Assembly (NCBI GenBank): GCA_965199955.1
Contig: CBDATQ010000001.1
Location: forward strand, 800,001 to 864,000
DNA from: Spirochaetia bacterium
GTDB taxonomy: Bacteria; Spirochaetota; Spirochaetia; SZUA-6; Bin103
DNA: 64,000 nucleotides
Direction: 5' to 3'
Shown here: in pieces, positions 1 to 8,687 of the stretch
How the letters are laid out: the number at the start of each line of letters is the position of its first letter
Numbering within the stretch: the stretch's first letter is position 1
Position numbers and translations under genes: made by a program
The notes under the pieces: model-generated
What the model was told of the DNA's origin: nothing
Seen by the model: only the letters and a program-made list of their open reading frames with translations
Databases searched by the model: none

Positions 1-1
1 C

Positions 2-598
2 CGGTCGCCTTACGTCTACTACGAGCTGATGACCGGCACGTGGGGCGGGCGCCCGGACCGCGACGCCAACGACGGGCTGTGCAATCCGGCCAACGTCGCC
101 AGCAACATCCCGGTGGAGGAGGCTGAGAGCAACTACCCGTTGCGGATCGAGCGCTACGGCCTGGTCCGCGACTCGGGCGGGCCAGGCAGGTTCCGCGGCG
201 GCATGGCCGTGGAGCGGGAGTGGCGGCTGCTGGACGGCCGCGCCCACCTGGCGATCCGCTCCGACCGGCGCGACCACCTGCCGTACGGGCTGTCCGGCGG
301 CCGGCCGGGCACCGGCTCGATCAACGTGCTGAGCCGGGAGTCAGGCGAGGAGGAGACACTCATCACCATGGTCTCCACGACCATGGAGGCCGGCGAGCGC
401 CTCTATCACCGGCAGGCCGGCGGCGGCGGCTGGGGCGATCCCCTGGAGCGGGACCCGGAGCTGGTCGCGCAGGACGTCCGCAACGACAAGGTGTCGCTCG
501 CCTTCGCCTGCGACGACTACGGCGTGGTGCTCGACCCCGACACCCTCGCCGTCGACCACGACGCCACGAAGCGCATCCGCCGGGAGCGGGCACAGTAG
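2..598 (+). CDS. Hydantoinase B/oxoprolinase family protein, C-terminal part (5' end lies outside the window)
   Basis: Motifs NIPVEEAE..YPLRIERY, DSGGPGRFRGG and GGGGWGDPLERDPELV; frame open from position 2. Confidence 0.9.
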   Translation, partial: RSPYVYYELMTGTWGGRPDRDANDGLCNPANVASNIPVEEAESNYPLRIERYGLVRDSGGPGRFRGGMAVEREWRLLDGRAHLAIRSDRRDHLPYGLSGGRPGTGSINVLSRESGEEETLITMVSTTMEAGERLYHRQAGGGGWGDPLERDPELVAQDVRNDKVSLAFACDDYGVVLDPDTLAVDHDATKRIRRERAQ

Positions 599-600
599 AT

Positions 601-710
601 CCAGAGGCTCTCGCGTCACACTCTGGTCTGCAATCGGCCCATGCACCTCGGGAGTTGCAGGAATGACCGGCTGCCTTCGGCGCTGAGCCGGCCGGATGAC
701 ACAGGTGCAC
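601..710 (-). ncRNA. Candidate structured RNA (pseudoknot plus hairpins) between convergent genes
   Basis: Complementary pairs 641-648/703-710, 628-633/655-660, 667-672/686-691 and 601-606/621-626 are visible in the sequence; function unknown. Confidence 0.3.
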
Positions 711-716
711 GTCGGA

Positions 717-2024
717 TCAGCCGGTGAACGGGTGTCCGCGGGTGTGGTGGATGATGCCCGGACGCAGCCGCACGCTGCCGTCGGCTGAACGCAGGATGAT
801 CGGTCCCTCGCGCCAGTTGTAGATGGTGTTGATGCGCATGTAGGGGTGGTCGAGCAACAGCGACGCCATGTACAGCGGGATGCCGAGGTTGTGCTTGCCG
901 TGCCAGGTGCCCTCCCGGAACCAGCCGGCCGCCTCGTCCCAGTTGTCGAGGAAGGTCAGGAACGAGGCGGCCGTGGCCGCGTCCACCTCCTCCGCGCGGT
1001 AGCCGTTGCCGCGGCAGCGCAGCACGTACAGCACCTGCATCGGGTCGAACACGCTGCACCCCCGGCCGCCGAATCCGCGCTCGCGGTCGGCGCCGCCGAG
1101 AACGAAGTCGATGATGGCGCGCTGGCGCGGGATCTCCCAGCCGAGCCGCTCGTAGGTCACGAACAGCTTGAAGATGCCGTTAACCACATTGGAGTGCGGT
1201 GCCTCGACGCCGGCGTACCACGCGCCGGTAGCCTGATCCTGGCGTGCCTCCAGCCACTGTTGGACGAAGTCGATCACCGCGTCCTCGGGTTGCGCGCAGT
1301 GTGCTCCGCGCACGCCGGCGGCCTGCAGGTGCAGGTGGGTCTCCACCGCCCGCGAGGTCCAGCTTCCGGCCGTCCACGGCGCGTGCCCGGCCCACGTCTC
1401 TTCCAGCCAGCGGCGCGCCTCGGCGACGGTGGCCAAGTAGTCGCGGTTGGACTGGGTGCCGGCCGGCAGACGGTAGCGGTCGGCCATGAACACGCGGTTG
1501 CGGAGTTGCCACTCGAATCCGGACGAGACGTAGCGTTCCGGCGAGGCGATCGCGCCGCCGATGGTGCCGTCCCCTTCCGGGACACGCAGCAGGTTGGCGG
1601 CGGGGTCGAGGTGCTCCAGGACAGCGTCCGTCCAGGCGGCCAGCACGGCCCCGTCGGAGTCCCACGGCGTGTGCGACGGCGGTATGAAACCCAGGGAACG
1701 CAGCTCGCCGAAGGCGCCGAGGGCCATGCTGGATATGAACAGCGCGTGCGCCTCCTCACCCGGCGCGGTGGTGAACAGCCACGGATGCCCGGCGCTGCGG
1801 GTCGCGTCGAAGAACCCGAACGCCCGCTCCAGGCGAGAAGCCATCTCCGCGAAGATGTCGTGCAGCGGGTGCCGCCCGCACGCGGGGCAGGCCGCCTGCG
1901 CCGCGGCGTCCACGGCGTGCACCGCGGTGCAGCGCGGGCAAAAGCAGTACACCTGCCCGCGGGGCCAGGCGCTTGCCGGGAGCAGCAGATGGCTTCCGGC
2001 CGCCCGAGGCTGGTAATCGTCCAT
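717..2024 (-). CDS. Hypothetical protein: N-terminal CxxC...CxxC zinc ribbon plus alpha-helical domain with QDxxTGxW motif
   Basis: CPRC...CPAC; RQDQATGAWY; paralog of 11946..13112; start placed at ATG 2024 to avoid overlap with the divergent gene. Confidence 0.7.
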   Translation of the reverse strand: MDDYQPRAAGSHLLLPASAWPRGQVYCFCPRCTAVHAVDAAAQAACPACGRHPLHDIFAEMASRLERAFGFFDATRSAGHPWLFTTAPGEEAHALFISSMALGAFGELRSLGFIPPSHTPWDSDGAVLAAWTDAVLEHLDPAANLLRVPEGDGTIGGAIASPERYVSSGFEWQLRNRVFMADRYRLPAGTQSNRDYLATVAEARRWLEETWAGHAPWTAGSWTSRAVETHLHLQAAGVRGAHCAQPEDAVIDFVQQWLEARQDQATGAWYAGVEAPHSNVVNGIFKLFVTYERLGWEIPRQRAIIDFVLGGADRERGFGGRGCSVFDPMQVLYVLRCRGNGYRAEEVDAATAASFLTFLDNWDEAAGWFREGTWHGKHNLGIPLYMASLLLDHPYMRINTIYNWREGPIILRSADGSVRLRPGIIHHTRGHPFTG

Positions 2025-2148
2025 GTCGAGGATCCTGCCGGCAGGAGATCCGCCCCGCAATCGTCCACGCTGCCAGCGCGGCCGGTTTCCGAGCTGCGAC
2101 CGGCCCGGTACCCTGCGCGGCGACTTGACGGGAGAAAGGAGACCGAGT

Positions 2149-2643
2149 GTGAGCGACGTGCCGACGTACGTGCTGGAGCGGGAGTTCGATGCGCCGCGCG
2201 GGCTGGTGTGGAAGGTCTGGACCGATGCGGAGCTGCTGCCGCGCTGGTACGGGCCGGGGGTGGAGACGATCGTCCACCGCCTGGAGGTGAAGCCCGGCGG
2301 GCTGTGGCTGGGCGAGATGCGCATGGGAGGCGGCTCCCACTATCAGCGGGTCGAGTACACGGAGGTCACGCCGCCGGAGCGGCTGGTCTGGCTGCACTCC
2401 GTCTGCGACGCGGACTGGAATGTCAACGCCAACCCGATGATGCCGGACTGGCCACGGGTGCTTCTGACCACCGTGACCTTCGAGGACCACGGCGGCCGTA
2501 CCCGGCTGCGGCTGACTTGGGCGCCTCACGAGGCAAGCGCGGCGGAGACCGCCGCCTTTGCCGGCGCGATGGACCGCCTGGACCGGGGCTGGGGCGCCGG
2601 CATGGAGTTGATCGGCGAGTTGCTGGCCGAAATGCAGGGGTAA
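2149..2643 (+). CDS. SRPBCC/AHSA1-like (START superfamily) ligand-binding protein
   Basis: LEREFDAPRGLVWKVWTD..LL.RWYGP, VTPPERLV, C-terminal GW..LL helix; RBS AAGGAG before GTG 2149. Confidence 0.88.
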   Translation: MSDVPTYVLEREFDAPRGLVWKVWTDAELLPRWYGPGVETIVHRLEVKPGGLWLGEMRMGGGSHYQRVEYTEVTPPERLVWLHSVCDADWNVNANPMMPDWPRVLLTTVTFEDHGGRTRLRLTWAPHEASAAETAAFAGAMDRLDRGWGAGMELIGELLAEMQG

Positions 2644-2733
2644 TGTCGTGTGCCCTCGCTCTTTACCGGTTTCGGGGGCCGTGCGATGATTCGCCGCACC
2701 AATCAACGACCGTGCCGAGTTGAGGAGGCAACG

Positions 2734-4248
2734 ATGAAACGATTGATTCTGGTGGCCGGAGCGCTGGCTCTGGCCGCGACAGGCGCCTTCGCCGCCGCCG
2801 AAGCAGAGGGAGCGGCGGACGCGATCTACGACGTGAAGGTGTTCTACGAGTTCTCGAAGGACCGCCTGCCGCAGGAGCATCCCTATCACGCCGATCTCGC
2901 GCTGGACAAGTTCGGGTTGCGCTTCGAGTACGACTTCGTGGCCGGCGGTTCCACCGTCGAGAAGACGGACCTGCTGTTCGCGGCAGGCGACTACTACGAC
3001 ATGCATCCGTATGGACTGCGCGTCTGGGAGGTCAACCGCTGGGCCATGGACGGCCACATCGTGCCGCTCTCCGACCACTGGGAGGACCTGCCCAACTACC
3101 GGAAGTGGTGGACGGACGACGAGTGGGCGACGGTCGATGCGTTCAACGCGGCCCCCGACGGCAAGATGTACATGCTGCTGTCCAAGAACCCGCGCACCAT
3201 CAGCCGCGGCTTCGTCTACCGCAAGGACCTCGTCGAGGACGCCGGCCTGGAGTGGCCGACGACCATCGACGGGTACACGGAGCTGCTCAGGGCGCTGAAG
3301 GCCAACAACCCCGACCACTATCCGCTGTTCACGCGCGGCCAGGGCGGCATCTTCACCGACGTCTTCTACAACACGTGGCGGACCACGGCGGGCGTGCACT
3401 TCGACATCGACTCGGGTGAGCTGGTCTATGGCGCTGCCACCGACAAGATGAGGGAGCTGATCAAGTACTTCACCGGGATCTACGCCGAGGGCCTGATGGA
3501 TGCGGAGTTCCTGACCAACACCCGCGAGCGGGAGAACGAGATCCTGTACGTGGCCAACACCGCGATCACCACCCCGAACTGGACCGGCAACGTCCCGTAC
3601 ATGAACAACACGTCGCGCAAGGCCACCCCGGAAGTCACCTGGACCCACTCCTTCATCCCGCTGCTGTCGGCGCCGGGCGCCGAGGCGATCATCAATCCGG
3701 AGACCGTGTACTACCCCTGGGGTCCGTTCCTGACCACCAATTCGGAGGGTGAGAAGCTGGACCGGTTGATCGCCTACCTGAACTGGATCATGGACGGCGA
3801 GGGCCTGGTGGCGCGCTACTTCGGTGAGGAAGGCGTGGACTTCGAGTACCAGGACGGCAAGCCCGTCTACCTGCCGCACATGCGCACCCCGGACAACCCC
3901 GACGGCGTCCAGGGCTGGGAGATAGGGCTGGAGAACTACCCGATCTTCCACCCCGACCGTCCGATGAGCGAGGGCGACCGGATCTATGGGGAGATGACCG
4001 CGTGGGCCGTGGGCAAGCCGTTCATCAGGAAGATCGCCTGGGGCTTCAACGAGACCGAGGAGAAGGATCGCGCCGACGTGCAGACGGTGGTGGACGACAC
4101 CTGGAAGCAGTACCGCGCCAAGTTCGTCCTGGGCGAGCTGGACGCGTCCGACGACGCACACTGGCAGGAGTACCTGGACGCTCTGGACAACGCCGGCGTC
4201 GAGCGCCTGCTGCAGCTCTACCAGGGAGCCTACGACCGCAACTATTGA
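2734..4248 (+). CDS. ABC carbohydrate transporter extracellular solute-binding protein (family 1, LplA-like)
   Basis: Signal peptide MKRLILVAGALALAATGAFA; YRKDLVEDAGLEWPTTID; FGEEGVDF; RBS GAGGAGG; followed by two permeases. Confidence 0.9.
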   Translation: MKRLILVAGALALAATGAFAAAEAEGAADAIYDVKVFYEFSKDRLPQEHPYHADLALDKFGLRFEYDFVAGGSTVEKTDLLFAAGDYYDMHPYGLRVWEVNRWAMDGHIVPLSDHWEDLPNYRKWWTDDEWATVDAFNAAPDGKMYMLLSKNPRTISRGFVYRKDLVEDAGLEWPTTIDGYTELLRALKANNPDHYPLFTRGQGGIFTDVFYNTWRTTAGVHFDIDSGELVYGAATDKMRELIKYFTGIYAEGLMDAEFLTNTRERENEILYVANTAITTPNWTGNVPYMNNTSRKATPEVTWTHSFIPLLSAPGAEAIINPETVYYPWGPFLTTNSEGEKLDRLIAYLNWIMDGEGLVARYFGEEGVDFEYQDGKPVYLPHMRTPDNPDGVQGWEIGLENYPIFHPDRPMSEGDRIYGEMTAWAVGKPFIRKIAWGFNETEEKDRADVQTVVDDTWKQYRAKFVLGELDASDDAHWQEYLDALDNAGVERLLQLYQGAYDRNY

Positions 4249-4271
4249 GCCGCTCTCGGCTTGAACGTTTC

Positions 4272-4303
4272 GACGGGCATCTCCAAGTTTGGAGATGCCC
4301 GTC
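4272..4303 (+). promoter_or_regulatory. Perfect 15-bp inverted repeat after the solute-binding gene (mRNA stabiliser or attenuator)
   Basis: GACGGGCATCTCCAA-GT-TTGGAGATGCCCGTC, with no U tract. Confidence 0.7.
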
Positions 4304-4325
4304 CTGGTCATGAGGTGATGGTGAG

Positions 4326-5291
4326 ATGCGGAGCGCGGTAGCGCCCACCGAAGTCCCCGTGAAGGGCGTGGGCTCGCAGAGCGTCTGGGAGCGCCAGACG
4401 CGCAAGATCCGCGCCTCCAAGTATCTGCTGCTGCTCGTGCTGCCGGGGTTCGTCTGGTACGTGATCTTCCAGTACGTCCCCATGTACGGGGTCACCATCG
4501 CCTTCAAGGACTTCAGCCTCCGCCAGGGCGTCCTGGGCAGCCCGTGGATCGGGTTCGACAGCTTCGAACGGTTCTTCAACTACCCCCATTTCTGGCGGAT
4601 CATCCGCAACACCTTCCTGACCAGCTTCTACACCATGCTGTTCGGCTTCCCGGCGCCGATCATCTTCGCGCTGGCGCTGAACGAGGTGGTCAACCGCACC
4701 TACCAGCGAACGGTGCAGACGGTCAGCTTCCTGCCCCACTTCATCGCCATGCCGGCGGTGGTGGGCATGCTGGTCCTGGCGCTCTCCCCCTCTACCGGGT
4801 TCGTGAACGTGATCCTGGGCGCGTTCGGGATCGATCCGATCTATTTCATGATCAAGCCGCGCTGGCACCGGCCGCTCTACGTGATCTCCGACATCTGGCA
4901 GAACGTCGGCTGGGGCGCGATCCTCTACTTGGCGCAGCTCTCGCGGGTCGATCCGGAACAGTACGAGGCGGCGACCGTCGACGGCGCGTCGCGCCTGCGC
5001 AAGATGTGGCACATCAGCCTGCCGGCGCTGACGCCGGTCATCTCGATCCTGCTCATCCTGCGCATCGGCGGACTGCTCTCGGTCGGCCCGGAGAAAGTTA
5101 TCCTGATGTACAACGACCTCACGCTCGAGACCGCCGACGTGATCGGCTCGTACGTGTACCGGCGCGGGCTGCTGCGGCAGGAGTTCAGTTACGGTGCCGC
5201 AGTCGGTCTGCTCAACTCCGTGATCAGCCTGGTCCTGGTGGTGCTGGCCAACACGGCCGCCAGGCGGTTCAGCGAGTACCGGCTCTGGTAG
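4326..5291 (+). CDS. ABC sugar permease (LplB-like)
   Basis: PMYGVTIAFKDF, EAA loop EQYEAATVDGASR, TM helices. Confidence 0.92.
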   Translation: MRSAVAPTEVPVKGVGSQSVWERQTRKIRASKYLLLLVLPGFVWYVIFQYVPMYGVTIAFKDFSLRQGVLGSPWIGFDSFERFFNYPHFWRIIRNTFLTSFYTMLFGFPAPIIFALALNEVVNRTYQRTVQTVSFLPHFIAMPAVVGMLVLALSPSTGFVNVILGAFGIDPIYFMIKPRWHRPLYVISDIWQNVGWGAILYLAQLSRVDPEQYEAATVDGASRLRKMWHISLPALTPVISILLILRIGGLLSVGPEKVILMYNDLTLETADVIGSYVYRRGLLRQEFSYGAAVGLLNSVISLVLVVLANTAARRFSEYRLW

Positions 5292-5292
5292 C

Positions 5293-6210
5293 ATGATCAC
5301 CGACACTTCGGTCTCGGGCCGGATGAGCTGGCTGGCGGTGCACGCGATGGTGCTCCTGGTGCTCCTGACCACCCTCTATCCAGTGCTGCACATCGCCAGC
5401 GTATCGTTTAGCGACGACGTGTCGGTGATGGGCAACCGCGTGACCTTCTATCCGGTCAACTTCAACCTGCGCGCCTACCAGCTCATCTTCTCCTCGCCGC
5501 TGATTCCCAACGCGTTCAAGAACGCAGTGATCTATACCGTGGTCGGCACCGTCGTGAACATGCTGCTGACCACCACCATGGCCTACGCGCTCTCGAAGCC
5601 GCGCCTGGCGTTCCGCGGCCTGATCACCGCGGCGGTGATATTCACCTTCTTCTTCGGCGGAGGACTGATTCCCACCTTCCTGCTGGTGCGCCGCCTTGGC
5701 ATGTACAATACCATCTGGGCGCTGGCCATGCCTGCTGCCATCAGCACGTTTTATCTAATCGTCATGCGCACCTTTTTCCAGACTCTGCCACAGGAGCTGG
5801 AGGACTCGGCGGTCGTGGACGGCGCCAACGACATCACGATTTTTTTCAGGATCATGCTGCCGATCTCCAAGGCAGCGGTGGCTACCATCACCTTGTTCTA
5901 CGCGGTGAGCCACTGGAACTCTTGGTTTCCGGCAGTCGTCTATTTCAGCAAGGCGGAGCGCTACCCGCTGCAGGTGATCCTTCGCCAGATCGTGATCGAG
6001 AACCAGATGACCGAGGCGCTGCTGGAACGCGGCGAGATGGCGGCGGCGCGGGCCATGGATGAGCAGGAGCAGAGCGACCAGCTCATCGCATCGGTGGACC
6101 GCATCAAGTTCGCGACCCTGTTCGCTTCCATCGTGCCGATGCTGATCATCTACCCGTTCATCCAGCGCTACTTCGTGCGCGGCCTGATGATCGGCTCCCT
6201 CAAGGGCTGA
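5293..6210 (+). CDS. ABC sugar permease (LplC-like)
   Basis: ELEDSAVVDGA, HWNSWF, YPFIQRYFVRGLMIGSLKG. Confidence 0.92.
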   Translation: MITDTSVSGRMSWLAVHAMVLLVLLTTLYPVLHIASVSFSDDVSVMGNRVTFYPVNFNLRAYQLIFSSPLIPNAFKNAVIYTVVGTVVNMLLTTTMAYALSKPRLAFRGLITAAVIFTFFFGGGLIPTFLLVRRLGMYNTIWALAMPAAISTFYLIVMRTFFQTLPQELEDSAVVDGANDITIFFRIMLPISKAAVATITLFYAVSHWNSWFPAVVYFSKAERYPLQVILRQIVIENQMTEALLERGEMAAARAMDEQEQSDQLIASVDRIKFATLFASIVPMLIIYPFIQRYFVRGLMIGSLKG

Positions 6211-6285
6211 GCCGGCGCCCGGCAAGCTCGACAGCGACGCGCTGGTCTCCCGCAAACACCAGCAGTGCGGACACACCACAGCACA

Positions 6286-6953
6286 ATGTTCTCGCGTTCC
6301 GTCTCATCGCTCCAACCTCCCGCGAAGAACACCTCAGGATACCACCGCTCAAGCCCGCGAGCGAAACCCTTGGCAGCCGGCGCGGGACTGGCGGATGACG
6401 CGGAGACCGCCACGCTTCGCCAGGCGGCCGAGCGGGGGAATCCCGTGGCTCAACTCAGGCTCGCCCGGCTCATCGCCCCGGGTCTGACGACGCTCCTCGC
6501 CGGTCCGCCCGCGCCTGAGGATGCCGACCCCGAAGCCTACGCCGACGCCGCGAAGTGGTACCGCCTGGCGGCGGGACAGGGAGAGCCGGCTGCCCAGCGC
6601 GCCTTGGGGAGTCTGTACCTCCGCGGCAACGGAGTTGCGCAGAACGCCTGCGAATCCGCCAGGTGGCACCACCGTGCAGCCGTGCAGGGGGACCGCTTGG
6701 CTCGGCACAGCCTTGCCGAGCTGTATGAGACCGTCGGCGTGCTGCAGGGCTACGTCGTGGCGGCGTGGTGGTACCGCCGCGCCGCCGAATGACCGATAAG
6801 CAGATCGCGGAAGCTCGCCGCGCCGCCCGCGACTGGGACGCGACGCACCAGCGATCTCCCGGTGAGTGGTACATGGCCAACCGGGATGCGCCCGTCTGGC
6901 GGTCCGAGGTCGCCTGCCAGCCGGCTACCGAGGTGGCAAGCGCGGACTCCTGA
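6286..6953 (+). pseudogene. Sel1-repeat protein, split; C-terminal capping helix is in a different frame
   Basis: Sel1 repeats AAKWYRLAAGQGEPAAQRALG.LY..G.GV; stop 6790-6792 overlaps ATG 6789 of MTDKQIAEARRAARDW, a typical Sel1-protein tail. Confidence 0.7.
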
Positions 6954-6955
6954 GC

Positions 6956-7441
6956 CTAAGCGACGCCCTCCCGCGGCTTGTCGGGCGGCTGGTTGCGGCT
7001 GCTCCAGAACAAGCCTTCGATGATTCCCTCGATTTTGGACAACCGGTCGCCGACGTCGACCATCCTCGCGGTGAGCTCCTTGAAGCCGGCCTTCATCTCC
7101 TCTCTGATGGAATTGTCGCCGGCCTTCATCTCCTCTCCGATGGCGTTGTAACCGGCCCTCATCTCCTCTCTGATTGCGCTTTCGCCGGCTTTCGCTTCCT
7201 CTCTGATGGAGTTGTCGCCGGCCTTCATCTCCTCTCTGAGCCTGATCATCTCCTTCTTGAGCTCGTTATCGCCGGTCTCCATCTTGTCCTCGAGTCTCGT
7301 TCCGAGCGCTTTCATCTCCTCTCGTAGCTCGGTGCGTACTTCGCGGATGTCCCGGCGGATCCCACGCATGGCCGCGAACATGGCGGTGCCGAGAGTGATG
7401 GCCGCTGCGATGATCCCGATCAATTCCGTACTCACGTACAC
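6956..7441 (-). CDS. Small membrane-anchored coiled-coil protein with 11-aa repeats
   Basis: N-terminal hydrophobic helix; repeats IREEMKAGDNS; C-terminal DRLSKIEG; RBS GGAGAGG. Confidence 0.75.
   Translation of the reverse strand: MYVSTELIGIIAAAITLGTAMFAAMRGIRRDIREVRTELREEMKALGTRLEDKMETGDNELKKEMIRLREEMKAGDNSIREEAKAGESAIREEMRAGYNAIGEEMKAGDNSIREEMKAGFKELTARMVDVGDRLSKIEGIIEGLFWSSRNQPPDKPREGVA
7085..7240. repeat. 33-bp tandem repeat, 4 full copies plus a partial copy
   Basis: Unit GCCGGCCTTCATCTCCTCTCTGATGGAATTGTC with variants starting at 7085, 7118, 7151, 7184 and 7217. Confidence 0.9.
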
Positions 7442-7626
7442 CTCTCCCGGGCCTTCCGTTCCTCTTTCGGAATCCTACCGGCCGATCGACGCGGTGTCAC
7501 ACGCGGGTTGCGCGTCGTCCCGTTGCCGTACGTACCGTTTCGGACCGACATCGGAGGTGGAACGCCTTCGTACATGGCAACGGAGCGCGTGGCGCTGCCG
7601 CTTCAATGGGTCGCTCCTGATGAGCG

Positions 7627-8634
7627 TTACTCGGGGAGGAGCCAGGCTGGGCCGGTGAGGTCCACGTCGCGTCCGGTGCCGGCGCTGGCGTAGGCTCCCT
7701 GCACGACGGCCACGTCGGCGGCCGACTCCCAGCCGGCCGGGCCCAGCGGTTTCTCTCCCTGCAGGCGGCGCAGCAGGTCGCGGTAGACCGGCTCGTAAGG
7801 CGCCCGGCCGCCGGCCAGCGGCTCCTCGCGCTCGGCACCGTCCCGTGTCACCAGCCGCCAGCGCTCGTCGTCGAAGGTCACCACTCCTTCCTCGAACACG
7901 TAGTGGGCGTCCAGGTGCCACCACGCCGGGCGCGGCACGTAGCCGAGCTCTTCGTAGTGCATGGACCCTCCCTCACGGTAGCGGACCAACGCCGAGGTGC
8001 ACGCCTCCACCGGGTGCTCGGCCACGTGCGACACCGACGCGCTCACCGTCACGGGCTCAAGACCCGGAAGGCAGGCGCGCGTCTGCGCCAGCCGGTGGAG
8101 ACCCACGTTCGCGAACATCCCGCCGCCGCTGGTGGCCGGATCGAGGAACCAGGCGGGGCGCCCCTCGTGGAAATAGAAGCGCGCGTTGTGATGGACCCCG
8201 CTGAGGAAGCGGCCCAGTGCCCCGTTCCGGAACCGTTCCCCGGTGAGCAGGGCGCCCGGGTGGTAGGCCGCGGTGTCGGTCACCGCCAGGATGCGCCCGA
8301 CGCGGCGCGCCGCCTGCAGCATCGCCCGGCACTGCTCCACCGACACCGCCAGCGGCTTCTCCACCAGCACGTGGCAGCCGGCCTGCAGCGCGGCCACCGC
8401 CACCTCGAAGTGCAGGTAGTGGGGCAGCGCCACCACGGCCACGTCCGCCCCGCCCGCCAGCAGGTCGCGGTAGTCACGGTAGCCGGCCACCCCATACTCG
8501 GCGGCTCGGCTCTGCAGGGCGCGCTCGTCCCGGTCGCACACCGCCGCCAGCCGCAGCCCGTCCTGCGCGGCGATGGCCGGCAGGTGGGCACGGGCGATGG
8601 CCCCCAAGCCGATGAGCGCGACGGTGTAGCTCAC
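7627..8634 (-). CDS. Gfo/Idh/MocA family oxidoreductase
   Basis: VALIGLGAIA, P...H, GCHVLVEKP, SGGG. Confidence 0.92.
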   Translation of the reverse strand: MSYTVALIGLGAIARAHLPAIAAQDGLRLAAVCDRDERALQSRAAEYGVAGYRDYRDLLAGGADVAVVALPHYLHFEVAVAALQAGCHVLVEKPLAVSVEQCRAMLQAARRVGRILAVTDTAAYHPGALLTGERFRNGALGRFLSGVHHNARFYFHEGRPAWFLDPATSGGGMFANVGLHRLAQTRACLPGLEPVTVSASVSHVAEHPVEACTSALVRYREGGSMHYEELGYVPRPAWWHLDAHYVFEEGVVTFDDERWRLVTRDGAEREEPLAGGRAPYEPVYRDLLRRLQGEKPLGPAGWESAADVAVVQGAYASAGTGRDVDLTGPAWLLPE

Positions 8635-8687
8635 AGGTGCCCGAGCATACCGCGCCGGGCGCTCGGCTCCGTGCTACGCTGCGGGCG

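Noticed and set aside
645..690. Glycine-riboswitch-like GCCGAAGG on the minus strand
   Set aside because: Lacks the GGAGA and CUCUCAGG elements and lies downstream of genes, not in a leader
1756..4311. 851-aa minus-strand ORF, and similar long antisense ORFs such as 846..2723, 30059..32719 and 50212..53031
   Set aside because: Shadow frames of high-GC3 genes on the opposite strand; no family motifs
2734..6210. Sugar ABC operons lacking an ATPase gene
   Set aside because: Common for CUT1 systems, which share an MsmX/MalK-type ATPase encoded elsewhere
7085..7240. 33-bp repeat as a CRISPR array
   Set aside because: Units are contiguous with no unique spacers, are in frame within an ORF, and no cas genes are present
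7617..7624. CTGATGAG hammerhead core
   Set aside because: No stem II followed by GAAA and no matching cleavage triplet arrangement
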